Positions 22,917 through 34,661 of a stretch of DNA of 64,000 nucleotides are shown here, one piece after another; position 1 is the first letter of the stretch, and each line of letters opens with the position of its first letter. Under the pieces are notes generated by a model. It made no database searches and was not told where the DNA came from. It was given only the letters and a program-made list of their open reading frames with translations. The stretch comes from Squalus acanthias (Eukaryota): the NCBI GenBank assembly GCA_030390025.1, contig CM059452.1:8742001-8806000 (forward strand). Direction: 5' to 3'. A program made the position numbers and the translations under genes.

Positions 22917-25668
22917 CAGGATAATGAAACAGTTTGGGTAGAGATTAGGAATAATAAGGGGAAAAAACACTGGTGGGCGTAGTATATAGGCCTCCTAATA
23001 GTTGCAACTCTGTTGGAAGAAGTATTAATCAGGAAATAGTTGGGGCATGTAATAAGGGAACAGCTATAATTATGGGGGATTTTAACTATCATATTAACTG
23101 GACAAATCAAATTGGGCAGAGCAGCCTTGAGGAAGAGTTTATTGAGTGTCTTAGGGATGGATTTCTTGAGCAGTATGTAACTGATCCTACAAGGGGGCAA
23201 GCAACCTTGGACCTGGTACTGTGTAATGAGTCTGGATTAATTAATAATGTCCTAGTTAAGGATCCCCTTGGAATGAGTGACCATAACATGGTTGAATTCC
23301 ATATCCAATTAGAGGGTGAGAAGGTTGGTTCTCAAACAAGGATACTGAGCTTGAATAAAGGAGACTATGATGGCATGAGAGCAGAATTGATTAAAGTGGA
23401 CTGGGAAAATAGATTAAAGGGTAAGACGGTACATGAGCAGTGGTGTTCATTCAAGGAGTTATTTTACAACTTTCAAAATAAATATATTCCACTGAGGAAA
23501 AAAGGGTGTAAAAGAAATGACAGCCATCCATGGCTAAGTAAAGAAATTAAAGAAAGTATCCAACTAAAAACAAGGACATATAAGGTAGCCAAAGTTAGTG
23601 GGAGGATAGAAGATTGGGAAGTCTTCAAAAGACAACAAAAAGTAACTAAAGGATTGATTAAGAAAGGGAAAATAGACTATGAAAATAAATTAGCAAAAAA
23701 TATAAAAACAGATAGCAAGAGTTTCTATAGTTATATAAAAAGAAAAAGGGTGGTTAAGGCAAACGTAGGTCCCTTAGAGGATGAGACCGGGAAATTAATG
23801 GTGGGAAACATGGAGATGGCAAAAATGCTGAACAAATATTTTGTTTCAGTCTTTACGGTAGAGGACACTAAGAATATCCCAACACTGGACAAACAGGGGG
23901 CTCTAGTGGGGGAGGAGCTAAATACGATTAAAATCACTAAGGAATTGGTACTCAGTAAAATAATGGGACTCAAGGCGGATAAATCCCCTGGACCTGATGG
24001 CTTACATCCTAGGGTCTTGAGGGAAGTGGCAGTAGGAATTGTGGATGCTTTGGTAATAATTTTCCAAAACTCCCTGAACTCAGCAAAGGTCCCGGCAGAT
24101 TGGAAAACTGCTAATGTAACACCCTTATTTAAAAAGGGTTGTAGGCAGAAGGCTGGAAATTATAGACCAGTTAGCCTAACATCTGTGGTGGGTAAAATTT
24201 TGGAGTCTATTATTAAGGAGACAGTAACGGAACATTTAGATAAACATAATTTAATAGGACAAAGTCAGCATGGCTTTATGAAGGGGAAGTCATGTCTGAC
24301 AAATTTGCTCGAGTTCTTTGAGGACATAACGTACAGGGTGGATAAAGGGGAACCAGTGGATGTAGTGTATTTAGACTTCCAGAAGGCATTCGACAAGGTG
24401 CCACATAAAAGATTATTACTCAAGATAAAAAATCACTGGATTGGGGGTAATATTCTGGCATGGGTGGAGGATTGGTTATCTAACAGGAAGCAGAGAGTTG
24501 GGATAAATGGTTCATTCTCGGACTGGCAACCAGCAGCCAGTGGTGTTCCGCAGGGGTCGGTGCTGGGTCCCCAACTCTTTACAATCTATATTAACGATTT
24601 GGAGGAGGGGACCGAGTGTAACATATCAAAGTTTGCAGATGATACAAAGATGGGAGGGAAAGTAGAAAGTGAGGAGGACATAAAAAACCTACAAGGGGAT
24701 ATCGACAGGCTGGGTGAGTGGGCAGAGATTTGGCAGATGCAATACAATATTCGAAAATGTGAGGTTATGCACTTTGGCAGGAAAAATCAGAGAGCAAGTT
24801 ATTATCTTAATGGCGAGAAACTGGAAAGTACTGCAGTACAAAGGGATCTGGGGGTCTTGGTGCAAGAAAATCAAAAAGTTAGTATGCAGGTGCAGCAGGT
24901 GATCAAGAAAGCCAATGGAATGTTGGCTTTTATTGCTAGGGGGATAGAATATAAAAACAGGGAGGTATTGCTGCAGTTGTATAGGGTATTGGTGAGACCG
25001 CACCTGGAGTACTGCATACAGTTTTGGTGTCCATACTTAAGAAAAGACCTACTTGCTCTCGAGGCAGTACAAAGAAGGTACACTCGGTTAATTCCGGGGA
25101 TGAGGGGGTGGACATACGAGGAGAGGTTGAGTAGATTGGGACTCTACTCATTGGAGTTCAGAAGAATGAGAGGCGATCTTATTGAAACATATAAGATTGT
25201 GAAGGGGCTTGATCGGGTGGACGCGGTGAGGATGTTCCCAATGATGGGTGAAACTAGAACTAGGGGACATAATCTTAGAATAAGGGGCTGCTCTTTCAAA
25301 ACTGAGATGAGGAGAAACTTTTTCACTCAGAGGGTAGTAGGTCTGTGGAATTTGCTACCCCAGGAAGCTGTGGAAGCTACTTCATTAAATAAATTTAAAA
25401 CAGAAATAGACCGTTTCCTAGAAGTAAAGGGAATCAGGGGTTACGGGGAGCGGGCTGGAAATTGGACATGAGTTTGAGTTCGGATCGGTCAAGGCCCTGT
25501 GGGTGGCGGAGCGGGCCCAGGGGCTGAGTGGCCTGGTCCTGCTCCTGCTTCTTGTGTTCTTTAGAGTTGAGGTTGGATCAGATCAGCCATGATCTCATTG
25601 AATGGCGGAGCAGGCTCGAGGGGCCGATTGGCCTACTCCTGCTCCTATTTCTTATGTTCTTATGTTCT
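22917..25668 (+). mobile_element. Young 5'-truncated CR1 LINE with uninterrupted 832-aa ORF2 (C-terminal endonuclease plus RT)
   Basis: YRPP, GDFN and SDH endonuclease motifs; [19 protein letters not shown] and FADD RT motifs; tail (cttatgtt)n; TATAT target-site duplication. Confidence 0.97.
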
Positions 25669-25704
25669 TATATGTAGATTAAAATCACTCATGATAACTC
25701 GCCA

Positions 25705-26260
25705 CAGAATACCCAGCCTCTGACCTGCTCTTGTTGCCACAGTATTTATGTGGCTGGTCCAGTTAAGTTTATGGTCAACGGTGACCCCCCCCCCCCACCC
25801 CCCAGGATATTGATGGTGGGGGATTCGGCGATGGTAATGCCATTGAATGTCAAGGGGTGGTGGTTAGACTGTCGCTTGTTGGAGATAGTCATTGCCTGGT
25901 CTTGTTGCATGCGGGCATGGACTGCTTCATTATCTGAGGAGTTGCGAATGGCACTGAGCACTGTGCAGTCATCAGCGAACATCCCCATTTCTGACCTTAT
26001 GTTGGAGGGAAGGTCATTGATGAAGCAGCTGGAGATGGTTGGGCCTAGGACACTGCCCTGAGGAACTCCTGCAGCGATGTCCTGGGGCTGTGATGATTGA
26101 CCTTCAACCACCACAACCATCTTCCTTTGTGCTAGGTATGACTCTAGCCAGTGGAGAGTTTTCCCCCTGATTCCCATTGACTTCCCTTTTACTAGGGCTC
26201 CTTGATGCCACACTCGGTCAAATGCTGCCTTGATATCAAGGGCACTCACTCTCACTTTCA
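25705..26260 (-). mobile_element. RT fragment of a different CR1/L2-group LINE family
   Basis: ALDIKAAFDRVWH...[10 protein letters not shown]...FADD. Confidence 0.85.
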
Positions 26261-26297
26261 TTCTGTTTCCATGGGAAACCAGGAATGTTTTCTGCAG

Positions 26298-26425
26298 AAC
26301 TGAGTTCTGGAGACTCCTTCAAGCAGTGGCCAACAGAAGCCCAATATCTGGAAGGAACCTCAATGAGCATTAATTGTAACTATTCAACGTCCCTAGTGTA
26401 CCAAAACGCACACTGAGAGGGCGCT
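26298..26425 (+). pseudogene. TCR V fragment: FR1 only, deleted through to nonamer/CTCF flank
   Basis: Acceptor ttttctgcag, then LSSGDSFKQWPTEAQYLEGTSMSINCNYSTS, then gt-ACCAAAACG (26400-26408). Flank 26416-26820 is homologous to 9697-10070. Confidence 0.75.
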
Positions 26426-27339
26426 CTCACACCGATAACCAGAAGCAATAATTCAGCCTCCACAGTGAGAGTCACACGGACCTCCTTAAAAGTACAAAAA
26501 AACACAGCACTCAACAAGAACAGGTGAGGTCCCCTGGCCGAATTATATTAGTTTGTGATTTCAACTCGCATTTATACTAAAAATGAACTTCAGCAATCAT
26601 GTCTGTGGTTCCACAACTCACCTTTTGTCTTTTGATGTAATTTCCGGGCCTGCCTGTCTCTTCTCATCCCTTGTCTCCACTCTTTACTAATCGTATGGAC
26701 TTTCTTCTTCCAGTCTTTAGTTTAACGATGTAAAACCTTTACTGCTGCACGGCATATTAATTCAGAACCGCTCTAACCCAGCTTCCCATAAACAGGAACT
26801 GCAGACAGGTCAGTGAATAATGTTAAGATCAGCTCCGAGAAAGAGGTTGCTGACAGCGCCAGGAACCTCCTGCTGGTCGCTCCGTTAATGGGACAGGATC
26901 TGGTTCCCATATTCTGCCTGTGTGTGTTATTTCATCTCGTGTATTCCTTCAAAACCAAGTACTTAATGTATTGAGGTGCTCGGGAAATCCTCCGACCCAT
27001 TACTCTATTTTAGTTTCACTATATTTAGATGCAACTTTCCAAGCTTGAAAACAGAGGTGTTGGAAACCCACAACCGAATGGGAGAGGACATGAAAGAGAA
27101 AATTAGTTGAATGTTTCGGGAGATCTGTGGAGAAAATAGAGAGATTTCTGAACTCTTTCGCTATTCTTGCTGTTCCGGTCACTGGCTGCCTCATTGAACT
27201 TCCGTGCGTCAGTTAACCTGCAATAAATCTGACCAAGTGCTATTGGCCTGTAAGGAGAACTCTGACTGTGTGGCAGTTTCCCCGAGGGAGGCTGTAATAA
27301 ATTGCTATTCAGTGGTTCAGTTGGCTCACACCCTGTCAG

Positions 27340-27830
27340 TGATTTAAGCAGCCATGAAGGACAGAGATTCCCACAATGCACAGCGGGCCAGAATAGGCCC
27401 AATGTAGACCACGGGCCGTGCTGCTCCCTGGGAGCACTGTTCGCACATGCGCAACTCGCCAACCGCTTCAATTATCGCTGTCTGTATCTTTATCTCTGTC
27501 GCATATTTTCTCCTTTTTATTAAGAAAGGGAGACCGTTTCTTTTGTGGGAATTGAAGTCACACGTCACACCGCACGTCACACAAACATGGCCGTCACCGC
27601 TTTGCCCTGCACTGGATGACGCCACAATGCTTTTCGCATGTCACAGCACCGCGATTGGCTGTTTTTCACATTCATTGAGGGTCAGAGGTCACGGGCAGTC
27701 TCCAGGCTCCGCTCAGCGCTAAAGATTCCCGTGTGTGCAGCCTGTGACCCCTGACCCAGGGCTGTGACCCCGGGGGGTCAGCTCGGAAAGTCTTCAATGG
27801 GCCCTGCACCGCCCGATATTCTCGGAGCCT
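27340..27830 (-). promoter_or_regulatory. CpG-rich promoter-like element, copy B (inverted relative to 640-1160)
   Basis: Reverse complement contains cacagccctgggtcaggggtcacaggctgcac, aacagccaatc, tgtgacgt (twice) and tgcgcatgtgcgaa, all shared with copy A. Confidence 0.5.
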
Positions 27831-28699
27831 GGGGACAGGATACAGAGCCGGGAGACACAGCGATGGTGGCTGAAGGTATTTGTCGCTTTGAGGGGAGGGA
27901 GAGAGATTGGGGCAGAGACATAGTTTAAACAGCAACTCAAACCATTTGCAAAGTTCCTTCTCAGCCCTTCAGAAGGGCCGCCTAATTCTTCCGTTCCTCA
28001 ACCCGATCATATATTCAACCACAGGAGACCTCGCGCCTGGACTCCAGGAGCTCAGAGGGAAAGCAGCACTGCATCAAAAGGAGAATGCCGGAAGATACTC
28101 GGGTCTGGCCAGAAACCTCTGGAGATGTTCCCGGGGCGGGGAGGCATCGAAAGAGTCCGAGGATCCGGTTAAGGACGTGGAGCAAAACTGCAGGGAAACA
28201 GGGATCAGAGATCTGAAGGTCACTGGCGGTACACAGTAGTGATGTTCACTGAGTTCATGGAGATGGTACAAGAGGGAATGGAGCAGAGCAGGGAGAAAGG
28301 TCGTCAGGGATACAGGAGACAGATGGTCAGGGTAAATGGGTGTGGCTCAGATTGGAGAAGGGTTGGAAGTGGTTACCCCAGTGCTGGGCCTACTCTTTCA
28401 TTGGTCTGTGTGGACCATTTGGACTCGGGACTCCATTAAAGGGGCTAATCCAAAACAAAAAATACATTCTATAGCGCCCTCCCCGAGAGGAGGGCTACAC
28501 TCGCTCACTTGGCCTGAACAAAACTGGAACGATATTCCATCAGAATTTGATTTTGTCCGACTGTCACACAACCTGTGTCCAGCGATGACCAAATATACCT
28601 GAGGACACCGCGTGATCCCTCATCCCCTCTCCCTCAAATACAATCTCTCCTTTCCTCTCTGCCCTGGGTGTCTGTGTGCGTATATAACAAGTGTGCAGC

Positions 28700-28880
28700 T
28701 GCCGTGGGAGTGTTTGATGGGACAGTGTAGAGGGAGCTTTGCTCTGTATCTAACACGTGCTGTACCTGCCCTGGGAGTGTTTGATGGGACAGTGTAGGGG
28801 GAGCTTCACTCTGTATCTAACCCGTGCTGTACCTGCCCTGGAAGTGTTTGATGGGACAGTTTAAAGGGAGTTTTACTCTG
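28700..28880. repeat. Short inverted copy (~3 units) of the 67-bp satellite
   Basis: gggagtgtttgatgggacagtgtagagggagcttt... is the reverse complement of the 42940-45030 unit. Confidence 0.85.
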
Positions 28881-29257
28881 CCATATGTTGTTCTCTATCA
28901 GGCTGTGATGGAGCAGAGCATACATCACTGCTTGTTAATAGAACCTGGCATGTGACTGTGACAGAGCATAATATTGGAAGAGACTGCGAGGTGAGCCTGG
29001 TCGTTGTGCAGTCATTCCGCCTCTGGGTCTTGACATGAAAAGGCAGGGGTAAAGGTGTCGTTACTCTGATGGAACACTGGGTGGCGCAGTAGCTACTTAT
29101 CCGAAGGGACTTGGGTTCAAACACAACCCAGACAGGACGGGTGAAAAATACCTGTCAGGGAAATAAAGCAAAGTGTGACTGGGAAAATGGAGCGGTGTGG
29201 AGGGGCCTTGGCGGAAGGAATTCAGCAAAGTCCAAGTAGTCAATTTGTCATTCCAGA

Positions 29258-29263
29258 TTTATT
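29258..29263 (-). terminator. Probable polyadenylation signal for membrane IgM mRNA
   Basis: AATAAA on the minus strand ~460 nt after the TM2 stop. Confidence 0.55.
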
Positions 29264-29719
29264 AACAATTTCACAGAGAACAATTTACAGTGAAGTTTTT
29301 AAAAAGTTAACACAAAGTGAATATAACAACAGAGCGTCACATTGAGACCAGAACACAGGCGGTCTGAGCTGCCAGTTATCTGTACAACTGTAACAGACAC
29401 CAGGGAGAGAAAACAGGGGCTCAGCATAAAGGGAAGGGAACAATTGTCAATTACGAATGAGAAAAGTGACTTATTTACACATGAAATATTCAAACAACGG
29501 TGAAACTCTAAGATACATTTATATTATAGCCACGATTATCTCACACATTTCAAACAGAGAGACGGAAATCCCGGTTCTGATTTTCTCAGCTACAGATTCG
29601 GATCTATTAACTGAAGGCATTTGACTCTGAGAATCACCAAGAGGACATATTTTATTTTCATGACACAGAGATGTTAATAAACAGATGAGGAAAATCCACG
29701 GCGTCCGAAATTCAACCGT

Positions 29720-29728
29720 TCACTTGAT
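29720..29728 (-). CDS. IGHM: IgM TM2 exon (IK-stop)
   Basis: cttttacag|ATC AAG TGA. Confidence 0.9.
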   Translation of the reverse strand: MK

Positions 29729-29868
29729 CTGTAAAAGAGGGATAAAAGAATGAAGCAGAGATTTAGTGGTTTGGGGCATTTATCTCAGGGTATTTATCAA
29801 TGAAACTTTTAGAGATTTGTCAAACCGCTTCAGTCAGATCGAAGTGTGAGTGGATTGAATCTTCTCAC

Positions 29869-29996
29869 CTTCACTAGAGTGACGGCAGCGCTGTAGGACA
29901 TGCTCAGGAAGAACAGGATGATGAATGTGGAAGCGGTTGTCCAGATGTTGCCGCTCTCTTCCTCATAGTCTTCAATCAAGATGTGGTCTGAGGAAT
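29869..29996 (-). CDS. IGHM: IgM TM1 exon
   Basis: (D)SSDHILIEDYEEESGNIWTTASTFIILFFLSMSYSAAVTLVK, a CART-type TM motif; AG and GTGAGA splice sites. Confidence 0.93.
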
Positions 29997-30639
29997 CTAC
30001 GGGGATGTAGAGGCGGAAATATATTCAGATCGTTTATTAATCCAAGATATCATGTTATTATTATATATTCCCTTCTTTTCCTTAAGGTATTAGTTTGTTC
30101 TCTAATTGAATTTTCAATGTATATCTTGTGTTAAGTTAATCTCTCTCAGCAATCTATCTCTGTTCCTAACTCCACAGTCGCTCTTCCTTTATGATCCTCC
30201 TATAGTCCGTGTTGGAAAAAACGACAGTTTTTTCTTCAATGTCACACGCTAATTGATTTTGCATCAATTTCATACAATCGATGATTCGGGAATAATATGA
30301 TGAAATATCGAGGGAGGTTTACTGATTGATATCGGTTATTTTAACGATAGTTTTAGATAGCTACTTATTTGAAGACTATCAAGGAGGCTGGGTAAGAGAT
30401 CAGATGTGAGTTATAATCTTGTTTATTTATTTGTTATGGCAATGCTCTGAACATAATTAACTTGTATCAGATTCCAACAAGAACATTGATTCAGTGTATG
30501 TGTAGGACCAGAATAGAGAAATGTGAGATTAAATGGTATCAGGAATTATTCATTCAGAACAATCGTTGGAAACTGTGTTCGTTCAAAAAGTGCATTTTAA
30601 TTCTACATTCGTCTATAGCCTGAGGTTTTTTCGCGCATT

Positions 30640-31395
30640 CGTGTTTGCGTATGTGTGTCTGACAATCTCTTGTTTTGTTTTAGTCTGTGTTTGTGTGTTA
30701 ATGTGTGTGTTGCTGTGTAAGTGTGTGTGTGTTGGTGTGTAATTTTGTGTGTGTTGATGTGTAAGTGTGTGTGTTTGCATAATTCTATTTATGTGTATTT
30801 ATGTGTAAGTGTGTGATTATGTGTAAGTGTGCGTGTATTTTTGTCAGTTTGTGTATGTTTATGTGTAAGTCTTTGTATAAGTGTGTGTGTTTATTTGTAA
30901 TTGTGTTTATGTTTAATTGTGTGTTTGTTTTTTGTGTATGTGCGTCCATGTGTGTGTTTATGTGTATGTTTATGGTTATGTGTAAGTGATTGTGTATGTT
31001 CAGGTGTAAGCGTGTGTGTGTTTATGTGTACATGTGTGTGTTTGCATGTAAGTGTGTGTGTTTGTATGTGTGTGTGTTTGTGTTCATGTTTGAGTTTATG
31101 GGTGTGTAAGTGTGTGTATGTTAATGCATGTGTTTGTGTGTGCTTTGTTTAAGGGTGTGCGCGTGTGTATTTCCGGTACTGTTCAAAGTTTCAGAGATTA
31201 CCAATAACTGGGTCTGACAATGACGGTGTGTATTATATTCTGGGTATGTGTAATATTCTATGTCAATGTGTTAATTCGTGTCTTATGTGTAAGTCTGTGT
31301 GTGTTTATGTGTAAGTGTGCACTTACACAAAACACACACACTTACACAAAATCGCAAACGCACTGACACATAAACACACACACTCACTTTACACG
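30640..31395. repeat. Degenerate (TG)-rich microsatellite region ending in an inverted (CA) tract
   Basis: Low-complexity GT repeats; strand switch at ~31320. Confidence 0.85.
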
Positions 31396-31719
31396 CATTC
31401 TTCCCCGCTCTGTGTAAATGTGTTCTGTGTGAGACGCAATGTGACGTCAACCGATGGGCCTCAAACCATCAGGGACAGAACCGTGAGAAACCCGCAGAGG
31501 ATTCAATCACCAGTTCAAATTTGGACTATTAAAATTCAATCTGTTAGTTTATGAATAACAGGGACAGATTTACCCCAAACACTAGTTAAAGATAAGTTGT
31601 TGAATAAATATTTATTTTACAATATGATTCTCATCCGGCAACTTTAACGTTTTTAGACTGTGAGTTAAAGCTGACTTTTTACTGATGGCAACTAAGTTCA
31701 TATAATAGAGATTGGTTCA

Positions 31720-33320
31720 CCTCCCCTCTCTCTGGTGGTGGAGTGGGAGGTACAGTGGGTTAACAATTGCCCTTTCCCTCTCTCTGGTGGGGGAGTGGGA
31801 GGTACAGTGGGTTAACAATTGCCCTTTCCCCTCTCTCTGGTGGGGGAGTGGGAGGTACAGTGGGTTAACAATTGCCCTTTCCCCTCTCTCTGGTGGGGGA
31901 GTGGGGGTACAGTGGGTTAACAATTGCCCTTTCCCCTCTCTCTGGTGGGGGAGTGGGGGTACAGTGGGTTAACAATTGCCCTTTCCCCTCTCTCTGGTGG
32001 GGGAGTGGGGGTACAGTGGGTTAACAATTGCCCTTTCCCCTCTCTCTGGTGGGGAGTGGGGGTACAGTGGGTTAACAATTGCCCTTTCCCCTCTCTCTGG
32101 TGGGGGAGTGGGAGGTACAGTGGGTTAACAATTGCCCTTTCCCCTCTCTCTGGTGGGGGAGTGGGAGGTACAGTGGGTTAACAATTGCCCTTTCCCCTCT
32201 CTCTGGTGGGGGAGTGGGAGGTACAGTGGGTTAACAATTGCCCTTTCCCCTCTCTCTGGTGGGGGAGTGGGGGTACAGTGGGTTAACAATTGCCCTTTCC
32301 CCTCTCTCTGGTGGGGGAGTGGGGGTACAGTGGGTTAACAATTGCCCTTTCCCATCTCTGGTGGGGAGTGGGAGGTACAGTGGGTTAACAATTGCCCTTT
32401 CCCCTCTCTCTGGTGGGGGAGTGGGGGTACAGTGGGTTAACAATTGCCCTTTCCCCTCTCTGGTGGGGGAGTGGGAGGTACAGTGGGTTAACAATTGCCC
32501 TTTCCCCTCTCTCTGGTGGGGGAGTGGGGGTACAGTGGGTTAACAATTGCCCTTTCCCCTCTCTCTGGTGGGGGAGTGGGGGTACAGTGGGTTAACAATT
32601 GCCCTTTCCCCTCTCTCTGGTGGGGGAGTGGGAGGTACAGTGGGTTAACAATTGCCCTTTCCCCTCTCTCTGGTGGGGGAGTGGGGTACAGTGGGTTAAC
32701 AATTGCCCTTTCCCCTCTCTCTGGTGGGGGAGTGGGAGGTACAGTGGGTTAACAATTGCCCTTTCCCCTCTCTCTGGTGTGGGAGTGGGGGTACAGTGGG
32801 TTAACAATTGCCCTTTCCCCTCTCTCTGGTGGGGGAGTGGGGGTACAGTGGGTTAACAATTGCCCTTTCCCCTCTCTCTGGTGGGGAGTGGGAGGTACAG
32901 TGGGTTAACAATTGCCCTTTCCCCTCTCTCTGGTGGGGGAGTGGGGGTACAGTGGGTTAACAATTACCCTTTCCCCTCTCTCTGGTGGGGGAGTGGGAGG
33001 TACAGTGGGTTAACAATTGCCCTTTCCCCTCTCTCTGGTGGGGGAGTGGGGGTACAGTGGGTTAACAATTGCCCTTTCCCCTCTCTCTGGTGGGGGAGTG
33101 GGGGTACAGTGGGTTAACAATTGCCCTTTCCCCTCTCTCTGGTGGGGGAGTGGGAGGTACAGTGGGTTAACAATTACCCTTTCCCCTCTCTCTGGTGGGG
33201 GAGTGGGGGTACAGTGGGTTAACAATTGCCCTTTCCCCTCTCTCTGGTGCGGGAGTGGGGGTACAGTGGGTTAACAATTGCCCTTTCCCCCTCTCTCTGG
33301 TGGGGGATTGGGGGTTACAG
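31720..33320. repeat. ~52-bp G-run minisatellite, ~30 copies, in the Cmu4-TM1 intron
   Basis: Unit ggtacagtgggttaacaattgccctttcccctctctctggtgggggagtggg(a). Confidence 0.95.
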
Positions 33321-33707
33321 TTCGTTTTCGTGTGCGGCCGTATTTCAGATCGCAGAGGATGTGATGCTGCAAAATAAAACTGGCCCCAATTCTGAAGGGA
33401 TGGACAACACGAGAAACAGGGACACCGAGATCTAAATGTGCTGCGTTTGTTTGTCGGAAATGGGAACTTTTTGATTCCCCCCAGCGGGACGAAAGTTGCT
33501 GAAGTGACTTTGAGGAATCCTGTCATGAAGAGCTTCAGTCTGTCTCTAACCCGTGGTGTATCTGAGCTGGGAGCGCTGGCTGTACAAGCCTTGGGCCCGA
33601 GACCGGCAAATATCCTGCTTCAGATAAACAGCCCTCCCCTTGGCAAAACTGGGAAACGAAATTAATTGAGCGGTTGTGTGTGTAACTGACGATTGGAAGA
33701 AAAGGCC

Positions 33708-33723
33708 TTTATTGGTTTTTATT
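33708..33723 (-). terminator. Tandem polyadenylation signals of secretory IgM mRNA
   Basis: Two AATAAA (33718-33723, 33708-33713) just after the secretory stop. Confidence 0.75.
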
Positions 33724-33751
33724 CAAGAACTGAAATGCAATCGAGAGATTC

Positions 33752-34143
33752 TCATTGACAAGAATTGACGGTGTCCATCAGAACAAGGGAAATGTTGACA
33801 AAACTGGGTTTACCGCTGGATTTATTAACCGTTCTGTTGATGATCTTCAAGGGGATCGCTTCATGTCCCACCACACAGGAGTAAGAAGCGCCGCTGGCCC
33901 ACTCCTCCGCTGCAATGGATAACAGGCTGTACATGAAGAAGGAACTGCTGCCGTTCTCCGCCATCACCTCGGTGTTCTTGTAGTTGCCGGAATTCACCGG
34001 CTTGTCATTGACGGTCCACTTGACGAAGATCTCTCGGGGGGAGAAACCTCTCACTAAGCAGGTGAGACTGACGAACCTCTGAGCGGAGACTTCTTCTGCC
34101 GGGGGCAGGAGGACAGACACGGACGGTTCCCGCGGATCTTTAG
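33752..34143 (-). CDS. IGHM: IgM Cmu4 exon plus secretory tailpiece (internal TM donor after 33814)
   Basis: [13 protein letters not shown]...[16 protein letters not shown]...[11 protein letters not shown]...SS|[20 protein letters not shown], with NIS glycosylation site and penultimate Cys. Confidence 0.97.
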
Positions 34144-34661
34144 CTGCAGAACAATCACAACAAAGGTCAATAAACTGGAGAATTCCAGAGACAATGAAAC
34201 CGGCGGTTAGATGTGAGAGAAATGTGCTTTACGCTGAATTTTAAAGGATTCCCTTTTCCCCTCTGTGTCCTGTCCGGTTTTCCGGCCCGGAGCAGAGGGT
34301 GATACAATCCTTCTCTGTGGGAGCTTGAAGAGTTGGACTGGAAAATTGTATAGAATTTATATTATAGAAACAGACCATTCGGCCCAACTGGTCAATGGCG
34401 CTGTTTATGCTCCACACGAGACTCCTCCCACCTTACTTCATCTAACCCTAATAACATATCCTTCTATTCCTTTTTCCCTCACTGACTTATCCAGCTCCCC
34501 CTTAAATGCATCATCTCTGGTCCCAGAGGGTTTAGTTAGTGGAATTACCCATTGAATTATTAGAGCAGTCCATTAAAACACTTAATATTATGAATTGGGC
34601 CGTGCACAAGCACCGGAAATAGTCACAGAGTCTCACTAATTGCTACAATCTCACCGCTCAC

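Noticed and set aside
22973-25471. 832-aa reverse transcriptase as a host gene or novel RT system
   Set aside because: Ordinary 5'-truncated CR1 ORF2 with typical tail, TSD and many decayed relatives in the window.
1-28000. TCR D, J or C segments
   Set aside because: No FGXG J motif with a 12-RSS and no TCR constant exon was found, so alpha versus delta usage cannot be assigned from this window.
31295-31345. Palindrome tgtgtaagtg-tg-cacttacaca as a functional hairpin
   Set aside because: Explained by a strand switch within a TG/CA microsatellite.
31712-33526. Many overlapping short ORFs
   Set aside because: Translations of the 52-bp minisatellite.
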